Source: Octopus vulgaris (Eukaryota). From it: a stretch of 64,000 nt of DNA. Position 1 is the stretch's first letter, and each line of letters opens with the position of its first letter. The translations under genes and the position numbers were made by a program. The notes beneath the pieces were generated by a model. The model worked only from the letters and a program-made list of their open reading frames with translations. It made no database searches and had not been told where the DNA came from. Where the stretch lies: assembly GCA_951406725.2 (NCBI GenBank), contig OX597817.1, positions 113,026,001 through 113,090,000 on the forward strand. The letters are read 5' to 3'. Positions 26,887 to 39,704 of the stretch are shown piece by piece.

Positions 26887-28698
26887 TACTTGTAAATACA
26901 TATTATCTTAGAAATAACTTCCTTTCCTCTTTTACTCTTAGTTCTTTGTAGAAAACAGCTAAATATAGACATATATGAGTTCAAGAGTGGTAAGTGGAGT
27001 CATTTTATGTGTCTTTTCATACACGTCACATATATTCCTCTGGTATTTAATTTTATTTCCATTTTGCTTTAGAAGTGGTCCGCTTTCTACTGACTGAAAA
27101 ATGCTTTAATATCTTGTTGGAAGAAGCAGATGGAAGAAATGTCAACAAGTTTGTTAGTGCTACTTTAATGACCTTTAAATTAATCATTGCTTTTGAAAAC
27201 TAAAAAAAAAAATAATTAACAAATGAGCAAAAAAAATGTATAAATAGATATATTAATCGATAAATAGGGAGGTGTATAGTGTCATTTTATGATCATTAAC
27301 TATCAAATACGCTAAAATAAAATGTTGCAAAAAACAAAATGAGTGAATTTCAAATTGAATTTACTCATAGCAATCGTTTTTAAAAGAAAGAATGAGTATG
27401 CTCCATTTTACAAAGGTGGAAATATTATGAATTATAGGTTCCAGCCTTGCAATATCAGCTACAAACTCAGGTGTTGCCACCTGTAATGTGGAGGAGAGAA
27501 AAATCAATACAGGTACCTGGATGACTGCTTTCAGTTTGTGTCAGCAGCCATCGAGATGTCAGATGTTCTAGGACCCTGTATTACTGATTTCATCCTCATC
27601 CGCAAAATAGTGACAATAACAGAGAAATGAGCCCAGCAAGGGGGAGTGGCTGTGGAAGCAAGTGTCACTGGCCATTCTCTGCAGGGTGCAACTGACCACA
27701 CTATTTGTTCTGGGATATGTGGCCCATTGTCCCCTCCCTTTCCATCTTCTGCTACTTTGCTCTCTCCCCACCTTCTTTTCTTTTTCTTTCTTTTCCTTTC
27801 TTAGCTCTCTACTTTCCTGATTCTTTGTATTTAAATGTTCTCATGAAATAAAGATTATTTATAAAGAGTAACAAATGCAATGCAGCTGGTTTAGATTTGA
27901 CTTTTGTTAAGTTGCTATTTTCCAAAATTCATATCACCAAGGTTAATAAGTGTCTTTGATTTTGAAATATGAAGCAATTATGCCTGGAATAAGTAAATAT
28001 CTATTCATTACAGATCTATTGTAGTTTTCATGTGCCATATGTTGCCTTAGACTGTCTTGTTTGATGTACAAATGGAATACTAGTGTTCAGATGGATACAG
28101 GAAACAAAGAAATAAATAAGAAATGTCACATTGTCATTAACAATTGATTTAGTTATTCTAGAAGATTTTAGTTGTTAAGGATGACTCAGACTTGTGGTCA
28201 AAGGTATTTCAGCTGTGGCATGGTTAAGATGTTCACTTTGCAATTATGTAGTTTTGAGTTCAGTCTCACGGTGCTGCATCTTGGGCAAGTGTCTTCTACT
28301 ACAGCCCTGGGCTGACCAATGTTTTGTGAGTGAATTAATTTAGCAGAAAATGTGTGGAAGCACATCATGCGTGTGTGTGTGTGTTTGTGTTTGTTCACCC
28401 AGCAGTTGTCACTGCTTGACAACTTCTGTTGGTTTGTTTATGTTCTTGTAACTTAGTGGTTAGGTAAAATAGATTGATAGAATGTGAAACAGACTTTAAA
28501 AATATTAAGTCTTGGCATTCATTTCTTTGACTAAAAACCACCAAGGGGCTGCCCCAGCAGAGCTGCAGTCCAGTGACTGAAACAAGTAAAAGTAAAATAT
28601 CTACGACTGCACTATCCAATGTATTCTTAGTTTTTTTTGTTTTGTTTTTTTTTTCTTGCTTTTTAAAGTAAAGCATGATTTTGAGGATGATTTGGCAA

Positions 28699-28750
28699 CT
28701 GGCTCCATAAAAGCTGGCTTATTAAAAGCTGGCTCCATAAAAGCTGGCTC
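28699..28750. repeat. 15 bp minisatellite, ~3.5 units (ctggctccataaaag)
   Basis: Directly visible. It explains the EPAFM repeats in ORF 28601-28810. Confidence 0.9.
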
Positions 28751-30928
28751 ACAGAATGCTTTTGCTTTCTTACATTGTAACTGAGAAGTCAAGTCAGTAT
28801 GGCATGACATATTATTCTACAGACTATTTTCGTTGTCAGTTAATCACAGGAGGAGAGCAGTGCCCAGGACATTTACAGTCTTTCCAAGACTAGTGACACT
28901 GATGAGGCTGTGGAGGGAAATCCAGGGAGTTAAAAACTGGGAAGGAAGGATTTGGAAAAGTGTTTAGAACAGTGTCTGGGAGTGAGTCGATACTATGAGA
29001 GTAACGGGAGCAGGAGGCAGCTAGGCCAGGTGTCCTTAGGTAGTAAGAGTACTTTAGAGAAACAGGGACCATTGTAAGTAGTGACAGAAGAAACAGCACA
29101 TCTGTCAGTTTGTGCGTTGTAGTGTATTGGCAAGACGAATCTTGCCAATTAGTCAAATGATGTCTTTTAGATGTGGTCTAGGATGAATGTTACTAGAAGA
29201 TGACAATACAAGAAGTACATAAAGTGACCCAACTGGATATTGAACTTACATCACTAGCTAGCATGCTGATAGCTGATAACCATTGACTACTCTGCAGTAC
29301 TTTCTCAAGGTTTAGATAACTGAATTCATTTCTATGAGCTGTACAGTGGTCAAATGGATATGCTATCAGCTTCTTAACTTGTGGGTTGTGACTTCATATT
29401 TTTTTACAGTTCTTTTTGTGTAACCCTGATCTAGCTAGACATATGATCAAAGGCTTTCTAATCATGACCAACCTTTTTGGATTTTTGTTTTTGTTTTTTC
29501 AAGATATGGTTTCATTGGTGGGGGGTTCTTCATTTGTTGATACAGTTGTATAACTGGGCAGGACATGTCATTCTGTTAGCTTTGACCTGAAAAGGTAATG
29601 AATGCAATTGTATTTCAGTAACATTAGAAATAGTTCAGCAAAGTACCTGTTGCAGTATTTAGCATACAAAACTTTTATCAAGGTGCAATTTTCTTTATTA
29701 AGCTCAATTCAAATTAAGCAGACATTAATAGAATTGCTGCTGCCTCTATTGTTGTTGTTGTTATTACTATTGTCAGAGTTGTCATTGTTTTCCTTGTCAG
29801 CAACAATCCTCTCATTATTAGAAATGTGTCTACCTACAGATGGATGGCTGCGTCTGGTGATTCCAATGTAGTATAGACTATTGTACATCAACTATTACAT
29901 GTGGCTCACCATCAGAACCTAAGCCCAGATCCAATGGCAAAAGGAAACTGGCTGAGGTTCAATACTTGAGTGACTTCTCTTTCTCATTGTCTTCTTCTAG
30001 GCTCACAGAAAGGATTAAACTCAGTACTACAAGCTAACAAAATATTAATCAATTCTACAATGTTACCACTGCTAACAGTAGTGTGTTATTCTTAACCGAG
30101 TAATGTCTATTCACTACTAGGTGGACTTGGTCATTTGACAGTTAAATGTCTTAAACTTGCATTATTTCAGTTTTCTTTTTTGTTTTAGTTTAGATTGTTG
30201 CTCCTTCTAGAGATCTCCATTTTTATCATCAGCATAGCATACATTGTTTAATGATGGTATTATTTGAATGGATTTGCAAAATAACCTTTTCCATCCTTGT
30301 CAGTTTTTCAGAAAGCTAAGCCATAACCTTCTTTGCAAACCCTCTTTTCACTTGCTTTTCAGTATTATCTATGAATTTATTACTGACTGAAATAACAATT
30401 CCATCTGTCCAATTATATGAGAAATTTCACCAATTCACTTGTGAGAATAGGTTATTGTGAAATCTCTAAATCTTATCTTAATTTATCTTTCAAAAAGATT
30501 GATTTAATCCAAATAGAAAGAACAAGTGAGGAAGGGAATTGAGGAGTCTTTAATCCTTCCTGCAGGCAACCTTTCTTGTATCAGTAGCACAATAAGATGC
30601 ACCCAGTTCACACTGTAAAGTGGCTGATAGGAAGAGCAATCATCTGTGTTGGTCAGTTTTCGCCATTGTTGTATGTGCCAGATGATGAGGGGCAATACAT
30701 AGTGAGACCCATCTAACTCATGTCACATAAATAAGAACAAATAAATACAAGTTTGATAAGTCTGTTCTATAACCAGAAGTCTCTATCAGTGATGAGCACT
30801 GTTGATTTCAAGGAGTAGGTAAAAGGAAATTATGATGTTCATGCTTCAGTACATTATGGGAATAAATTAAATAGTTATTTCAAACTTGGTTTATACACTG
30901 AGTTTGTTGGCACTTTAACAGATGTTAA

Positions 30929-31148
30929 CCTTTTCGTTACCAACCTAGCTGAAACCGGCTCTGGCTCTCACTACAAATATCTTGTTTTCAAAAGTTTTCA
31001 ATTAAAATCTTTCATCAAACCTTAGTCACAATTTATGATTCTAATACTAGCTTAATGATAACTAAGTTATTTTACTAAATCCTTTGTTATATTTAAAGTA
31101 ATTGAAAGAAACACAAAGCATCTCAAAATAAATACAGTAATGAAAGGG
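30929..31148. mobile_element. TTAA-flanked MITE, second family
   Basis: TTAA|CCTTTTCGTTAC ... GTAATGAAAGGG|TTAA. Confidence 0.8.
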
Positions 31149-32614
31149 TTAAGGTGTTTGTCATATCATCATGCACAATGCTATTTTCATGGCATATATG
31201 TCCTGCACTCAGCAAGTATAATGACTTTGTACCTTTTACTCAGTCCTTATAACATACATTACTTATAACCTGCAGCTTCAGTTAATGTATAACATTAGTT
31301 CATTGTGTACTCGTCTTATAGTGAATACTGTAGAATAAGAGATAATGCTCTTTGAAAACTGAACCTGTGATCTGGTTTAGATTTGAATTTTGTTAAGCTG
31401 CTAATAGCTTTTAGAAAGATAGCTATGTCACAATACCAACCTTCCTCTCCTTTGAAGCTAACAGGGTTAATGACTATCTTTGATCAATAAAGATGAAGCA
31501 ATTGTGCCTAGAATAATAAATATTTATCCCTCATGGTTTAATGTACTTTCCATATGTTGCCATTCCTCTACTATCTTGTTTGTACAAGGATTTAATCTTA
31601 GGCTTCTTTAGTTTCAGTTTATCTTCTGTACCAACTCAATTAACTTTCAATTCTGATATTTCCTAGATTAATTCCTAGGAAAATATTCACCACATAACTG
31701 ATGAAACACATATTCCAATTTCATATGTGATTCCCACAAAAATATATTAATTTTCATGCCTCTTTGTTCTTTACCGATACTGCTATCTTTGTTTCACCTA
31801 AATTTATAATTTAGTTGAGTACAATCTTATTTAGCTTTACTTATTTCTAAATCTCTATGACAGCTACATAAGTAGACACAGCCTTCCATATATTGCTCTT
31901 AGTTTCATAAAGCAGTATATATTCAATATTCTCTTTATCAGCTTTCTAAATTTTAGTGCTCACAATTTAACTGAATGCTTCTGAACAATATTAATATCTA
32001 AATGGAAATGGATGGAAAGTTATATATATGTATACATATATATATGCAAAAAAGAAGAAATTTCTCTTTCCTATTTAAATCAAGTTCTGGAGATTTTATT
32101 TGTGTTCATTTAAAATACATTAATATCAATATCTAGTTTTGTATATTACTATTCCAGCATAACCTTTCTATTTCCCTTTGATGTTTCCCTAAGAAATTGT
32201 TCTTTTTCACAAGAATATCTGATACCTATTTTGTTATAGTTAACTCTTCCTTTACCTTTTCATATTTCCTAAACTTCCAAATCTCAACCAAGAATGGAAT
32301 ATTTCTTTACAATACTAATGAATATTAACACAACTCTGTTTAAATTTTCTCAACAGAATGTCATCCAAAGGATTGTAAATTTCTGGCTATTGTCAGTGTT
32401 TTGATGGGTTTATGGCTAAGTCTCTTGACTCTTGGTGGTTGAGTTCACTAAACTACAAATATATGCCTTGAGTTGGTACAACACACTGCTGGGAGAACTA
32501 GTGTTGCTGTATTATTGGCTGGTTTTTCATTAGCTTACAATATTGTATTCTACTGTTTACAAAGATAAATTACTCTAGATACTCATTAAAGTAATAATCT
32601 AATATATTCACTTA

Positions 32615-33640
32615 TGAGGGTCGGCCAGAATGTTCATAGGTTGACCAAGATACTCTCATGGAATTTCACCAAATGAGGTTATTTTTTAGCATAGTCCCCC
32701 TTGCAATCCATACACTTATTCCATTGATGTTGTACTATTTGGACCCCATTGGTGAAGAAGCTTTCTTCCTGTCAGTTAAAAAAGTTAGTAGCAGATATGA
32801 CATCATTATCACTGTGACACTGGTTCCCAGCCAGACAATGGTCAGATGGGGCCAAATCAGGAGAATAGGTAGGGTAATCAACCAGTTCAAAACCACAGTC
32901 ATGTACAGCAGCCACTGAAACCAAGGACTTATGTGTTGAAGCATTGTCCTGATGAAACAAGATCTCTTTCGTCAGTTTCCCTTGGTGTTTGGTCATAACA
33001 GTCTTTCATGACTGCCTCAGGAAGTTGGCATAGTATTCTCCATTGATGGTTCAGCCCTTATGAAGATAGTCAATAAACACAATACTTTTTGCATCCCAAA
33101 AAAACTGAGGCTGTCACTTACCTTGCAAATGAAACGACCTTGGCCTTTGGAGTAGGTGAGGAGGAGTGTTTCTACTGCATCAATTGTCTCTGTCTTTGGC
33201 TCAAAGTAATGAAGCCCTCACTCATCCTGGGTTAGGAAACATTCAAGTAAACCAGCTGGATCTGCTTGAAACAATGTCAGATTTTCCTGTGATGTGATCA
33301 GCCTGGTGCACTCTTGATCAGGTGTCAGAAAACATGGTACCCACAGAGCAGAAGCCTTCAAGTCTTTCCTTTCCCCTCTTAAATTCAGCTGCCTGTTTTT
33401 CATTGTTGATAAAGCTAGAGTGTAATCTCCTAATGTATCAACCATGTCAGCATGAATGTCATTAGGGCTAAGCCCTTTTCCTGCAGGTGCTTGAAAACAC
33501 CAAGATGTCAAATGTTATCCATTTTCAAGTTACACAGTCAGACTCTCAAGTCACTCACCTTGAGTCTATTATTCATTTAAAAAATAACAATTATCAACAG
33601 GACAATAATACAGAATCATCAAATTTTATCAATCAACAAG
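32615..33640 (-). mobile_element. Degraded mariner (DD34D) with internal deletions
   Basis: FLTQDE, LFHQDNA and YPTYSPDLAPSD in ORFs 33218-33511 and 32772-32996. One TIR is visible (TA|TGAGGGTCGGCCAGAATGTTCA); the other was not found. Confidence 0.9.
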
Positions 33641-33853
33641 ATTCCATTTGCACAAGTTATTTGAGAACTAAGGCAACAGGCTAACAAACCAGCAAATGTC
33701 ATAGGCAATACATGCTGTTTGGAACAGGTGACAATCATAATTCTGGAAGCTATAAGACTGAATGTCAAGAGATTGAAAAACTGAAAATTTGGAATAATGA
33801 AAGATGAATTACTGAATATCATAATACCAATAGATCAAAACTTTAAATTAAGT

Positions 33854-34764
33854 TACAGGAAAATAATAAGCATACAGTTTTTAAAGACATTTATTTACAG
33901 TTTTAAAAGGGTGTGTATTTGGGGACTGTATTAAAATATATTTATTTACTTTAAAAGAAAGATTGAATGTCAAGAGTATTTTTCCTCGTCAAAGACACTC
34001 CAGCCCAGACCATCACAGATAAAGGTTTTTGAGTGAGGTGAATATTTCTGGCATCCTCTGGACATGACTGAATGTTTTCTGCAAGGATCCTGTCATTTTG
34101 GCTTTTGTGAGCTTCTTCAACAGTGAATAACTTCTCGTCTGTGAAGAGCACATTGTCCAAGCCATGAGTATTGAGCTACTTAAGCAGTGCATGACTTCTT
34201 GTGAGTCTCTTTCCCTTTGAAGCAGTTGTTAGGCTGTGAACTTTTTGGCATTTCAATGAAGCAAGTCCCAAGTTGCTTTTGACAACTTACCTCAAAGATT
34301 CTCTTGAGACTCCCAGCTCAGCAGCCATCTTTCTCATGGAGTGCCTTTCTGTGAACTCTGAAATTGATGATTTTTCTGTGAACTCTGAAATTGACGATTT
34401 CCTGGAACCTGGAAGTCCCGACTGACCTGGGACGTTCTGTTCTCACTCAATCTTGAACTCCTCCAGTGTCCCTGAATCAATTAATGGTTTGATAGATGAA
34501 CATTCACTTCATTTTCAGCCAGTTGAGAAGATTCAAACTTCCTGATGGTGACTTACCAGTTTGATGTAGATCAACTACAGCAGATCATTCATATTTGATT
34601 CTAATTTTGGACAAAATATATATCTCTTAGCTTAAAGATGAGTTCAGAACCTGAAAGAAGACAAAAAAATCTTTAAAACAATATAAAATAATGATAAAAT
34701 TACCACTTTTTTATGTTAAACTAAGAACCTCAAAAACTGTAACAGAACTTTTGGGTGACCTTGT
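33854..34764 (-). mobile_element. Internally deleted maT/DD37D-like transposon
   Basis: ORF 33951-34160 has VLFTDEKLFTVEEAHKSQNDRI...PLSVMVWAGVS. The right end reads GGGTGACCTTG|TA and the left TIR match is weak. There is a 27 bp internal tandem duplication at ~34346-34400. Confidence 0.85.
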
Positions 34765-36625
34765 AGAATACATCCGTTCTTTAAATTCTCTCACCATTGA
34801 ATAAAATACTCACACATATTCTAATATTTCATTGTTTGTATACCAACATTAAACTTGGAATAATCAAAATTTTTGTTTTAGGCTAGTTTCAGCACTAAAT
34901 TCACTTTAATTCTAATAACCTCTCTGATCATTTACTTATAACTGACAACTAATTTGCAATAGAAACTATTAACAGTTAAAATTTTTATATAAATGTGTTT
35001 GCAAACAACAAATGTTTGCATGAGGAAATGATTATAATCTTAACAATACAAAGAAAGATAAGCAACATATGAGATTAATTTTTATGTTTCCAAAACTCAG
35101 TATTTTGAAACTTGGTCTTTTGATTGCTAGTTAATCTGTTTGAAAATAATCAATAATAAGAAAATTCAAAGAATGGAAGTATTTTATATGCGAACTAATT
35201 ACTTATGTGATTATGTGTTCTTTAGCATCATATTTCTTCCTGCATTACATGTTTTTTTAAATAAATGTTTTGATGATTTCCTAATAAACCCCCTTTTAAA
35301 AATATAAATACCATTTTCCTTATTTTTACCTAAAATATTTCAAAAGAAAGCTAAAGGAGATAACTCAAGCGAACCAATAACATGTATTTAGATAATTCAG
35401 ATAGGTGGAACTGTATTGAATGACATATGCAAAATATTCTTAATGAATTGAAATTTGATGCTTAGATTGTTGATGGTGTTGCAGATTCTTCATCACTTAA
35501 ATATACACCCACGTTTTGTTAAATTCAGTGCTATATGACTTTCTCAATACAGCTACTACCAAATTTTGTATCTCATATTTTCTCTTAATGTTGGTGAGAG
35601 TTTCTTGGAGTTGTTTTTGTTTCATTGCTTCTTCAAAGCCATGTTATTACTGACTCATAATACTACACATAAACTCTCTATTCTTCATTGTCCTTTGGTT
35701 TCTACATAGGAAATACATAATTCTGCATAATTTAATTCTTTATCAGTCAATATTATTGTCAGCTTGAAGTCAGCAATCAATGAGTTGTTATTGTTTTACA
35801 TATTGATGCGTTTTGAATATTATTGGAAAACACTCCTTTTTCCCTTTGTTTTTTTACAAATTTTCACATTTAGTTGTTACTTGTTGATATCATATAGCAA
35901 AGACATATGCTGATACTGTATATGTCTTTGATGTTTGTGTCAGTACTTACTATCTTTACTAAACAAAGATTACATTGAGACTTTTTCAGACTATTTTCCT
36001 CATTTTGTTTTTTTTTTTTTTGTGGTTTTCATCTTGTGACATGTTGTTCATTTCACTTCCTATTTTCTGAAGTAGTGTTTTTGGTGGTATTTCTGCTCTA
36101 AATTAGGCTTTGCATCTGAAACCTTTATTTTTTTCCTACTGTCCTTTTTTCTGAGTAGTTAAAAGTTTGGTCATATTATTGTTCCAAAAGACAGTAATAT
36201 TTCTAATTTAACATACTTTTGACTTAATCATTTGTCTTCTACATCAGGCCCTAAACTGATAATATTTATTCAGAGATGAGTTTATCATAGAAATACTCAT
36301 CTCCAAAAGTATAAAGATTATTTTATTTGTTAACTGTGTCAATGTTATACCATTTAATTGTAGATGTATTAACTGAAATCAATTGCAATGTTACACAATT
36401 TATCTAATGAATAAGTTTCTATGGTAATCAAATGTTATCTGATTCATACTTCTATCCTAGCTGTTCATTCTTCCTGCTCACATTTTTCCTCCATACATTG
36501 TCATCTTGTAATAAATTTAACCTAACCACCAACTGTATCACTATCACTCAGTTTTTTCTGTCCTTCAGTATTAGAGGACCTGAAAGAATGAAGCCTCATA
36601 TTAAACAATAAAAATGAAAATTAAT

Positions 36626-36763
36626 TATTTACATTCGACGGATATTTGTCCTCATCTTGTTTGTTGTTAACACAACGTTTCAGCTGATATACCCTCCAGC
36701 CTTTTTCAGGTGTCTTGGGGAAATTTCGAACCTGGGTTCTCATTCCTGAGGTATTCTTCGATG

Positions 36764-36804
<41 letters not shown>

Positions 36805-36950
36805 GTTATTATTATTATTCAGTAGTATATTTTTTATATCGTGCTTTCACTTCACTACCGAGCGCAGCTCTGTGTGCCTTGGGTATGTGCTGTGATTTGT
36901 TGTGATGCTCTAATGGTTATTGTATGGAAAGTGTTCTGCGTAGGATGTTA

Positions 36951-36990
<40 letters not shown>

Positions 36991-37157
36991 CATTATTATT
37001 ATTATTGTTATTATCATTATTATTATTATTGTTCAGGTCACTGCTTGGAATCGAACTCAGAATTTTGGGGTTAGTAGCCCACGCTCTTAACCACTACGCC
37101 ATATTCGTCGAATGTAAATAATGTACATAATTCCTCATCTCTTAAATATAGAACTGT
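36626..37157 (-). mobile_element. tRNA-headed non-autonomous retroelement with hammerhead-like motif and inverted 3' end
   Basis: 12 bp TSD ATGAAAATTAAT (36614-36625, 37158-37169). A box at 37101-37091, B box at 37058-37047, two (TAA)n tracts, and a 22 bp inverted repeat 36624-36645 / 37101-37122. Confidence 0.85.
36669..36714 (-). ncRNA. Degenerate minimal type I hammerhead ribozyme motif
   Basis: GACAC-CTGAAAA-A-GGCTG-GAGGGTATAT-CAGCT-GAAA-CG-TT-GTGTT. Stem I and stem II pair and the stem III region is palindromic (AACGTT). The core deviates from CUGANGA at G8. Confidence 0.6.
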
Positions 37158-39704
37158 ATGAAAATTAATGTCCAGAAAATTGTCACAGTTGTTGCTTTTG
37201 ATTGTGTATCAAAAGATTTAACTAGTAGATCTGGTTGAAGTGAAACCAATATCTTTATATAAGAATACAACATAGTTTAATATTTTAAGTTACCAAATAA
37301 AGTACATTTATCGTAGGATCCAGCTTCTAAATCTGAATATTACCTAGTTTCATACACCTCACATAAGACCAGTTAAGTGAAATGTCTGTACTGAGTGACT
37401 CTTTTCCTTAAAGACCTGATGAAAGCAACAATCTCCTTTGTTTGTCTTTTAAATTTTAAACACTTCCTAGGAGTTTTTTGTTCTACTAATTTATTCAGTT
37501 GCTTGTTTTAAATTTCAGACATGCCCAAGAGGGAATTTTTTTACCTCTAATTGCTTGGATAAGTTCAGTTGATCAAAGTTTTTCAACTCACTATATGGCA
37601 TACGTGTGAGCTTACCATGTTTGTATTTACCAAGCAGAACATTCCCCTGAGGTATTTTCCCAGAGTTATATTGTTGATATTCATAATCAGTAAGCAGATC
37701 TCCATTGGTTTCAGTGATGACTATACGGTTGTCTAATCAATTAAACTACCTGATTCATTGAAGTAGCATATAAGTGGCTTGACACAGGTTTAATCCCTTA
37801 ATCTATCTGATGGGCTTCTGCATAGTTTTCATCTACCATTTTCACTCACACAGCTTGGGTTAATCTGAGAATAGGGGAAATGATATTTGTTCATGCAATG
37901 GATCTCTTTAACCATTTTGCCATGCTGTGTCCATATTCTCTCCTTCATCAAGTGCCATACCTGTTTTACTCTGCTAGTCTCCTGCACTCCCAAGGTCCTT
38001 TGACAGGGAAACTAGCTCATTTGACATTGGAGCAAGTTCATATGTATGTGTGCTTATGTGACACATGTCTAGAAGCCAGCCCTCAAACCTAGAAGTAAGC
38101 CCACCTCCACATCCAGTGTGCCTTAACCACAGAACTGATATAAGACCTAGAACTGGAGCTCTTTATAGACACTAACCTTCCAGGGCCGGAGCAGACCTAA
38201 GAATAGTGGTGACTAAAGGGTACCTCCATACTCCCTAAAACTCCTGAACACCCAAGCTAAGCACTCACCACAAGATGCAAGTTAATGTCTTGCCCAGAAC
38301 AAGTATCTATATTACTTTATATGCACTTAATATTTTGGTCATTTTTAGAACAATCAGAACATTTAAAACCTACAACATGATACCTTCCCTCATTTGAAAT
38401 TATCATATTACCATACATTTGGAAAAAATATTGTGCATGTTATTTTTAGTTATTTTTTAATGTTTTTATTGTAATTGTAAGAATTCTTGCTCTGCATTTT
38501 TATCTAACAAGTTCTATTACCAACTTTCTATATTTGAACATTTTTAATTAAATAAAGATAATTATAGTACATTTCTACTGGAATTTCTTTTCATCTGAAT
38601 TCCATATTTTCATTGCTCTCAAATACATATTGACCCAAAGTTAAAGAAAGCATGCAACAATAATACATAATATGATGACAAAAAGCAAATAAAGATCAAT
38701 TTACTAATATAGTTAGATTGTATTGAATTCATGAAGATTGATTTTCTTTCTCTCTTTATTTTTAAAGAGAACAGTCTACATGAAAATTTACCTGCTTCAA
38801 ATATAAAAGAGAATAAATTGTATGTAATTGCAACTTGTGTTGTTATTGTTCTTTCTTTTTTTTTAAGCATTTAATCTTAAATACCTTACCATCTGCATGA
38901 GATAAAGGATTACCTGCTGAACTTCATTAGAAAATAATTTTTACAGATTAAAATTATTAACATCAGAAAATGTTTCTGCTTCAGGTATATCTTAAAACAT
39001 GGGGAAGTGAACTGAAATTAATTGCAAGCATAATTTACATTTGTTTCCATAAAACTCTTTGCTCATTTAAGTTCTGATCAGATGCTACTTCACTGTACAC
39101 CAAATCTTCACACACAAACTCATCTGAAAAAAATTTCTAGTGCTTTGTTGTTCATGCATCTAAAGTCACAGGGTAATGGAAACTATAAACAAAAATGATC
39201 CATTTTTACTGTCTTCAATCATTTTACTTCTTAATATCTTCTTCCTCAAATTCTTTATTGTCTTTGTAAAATGAAACTAAAAATAACATGCACAAAATAA
39301 AAATGGAACCGTTCTGATTTGAATACGGAAGTCTGACCCTGTTTGACACTCTGTCCTGCTCATATCATGCATGTTGTAACTGCTTGCTGGACCTGTTACC
39401 TGCCATAGATTTGATGAAAAGAGGACTGTGACAAAGCCACAACATTACTTTCCAACAGGCTGTGAACAACACAGCTGAAATCATCACATTTTAAAAAATT
39501 ACTAGGCTTTATATACATATTCTTCATTTATGTACCTATTCTTCATACATGCTGGAGTGGCTGCATGGTAAGAAGCTTGCTTCACAACCACATGGTTCTA
39601 GGTTCAGTCACACTGCATGGTACCTTGGGCAAGTGTCTTCTACTATAGCCTCAGGCTGATCAAAGCCTTGTGAGTGGATTTGTTAGATAGAAACTGAAAG
39701 AAGC

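Noticed and set aside
28860-29200. Possible very old LINE 3' end on the minus strand
   Set aside because: Only vague motif resemblance, too degraded to call.
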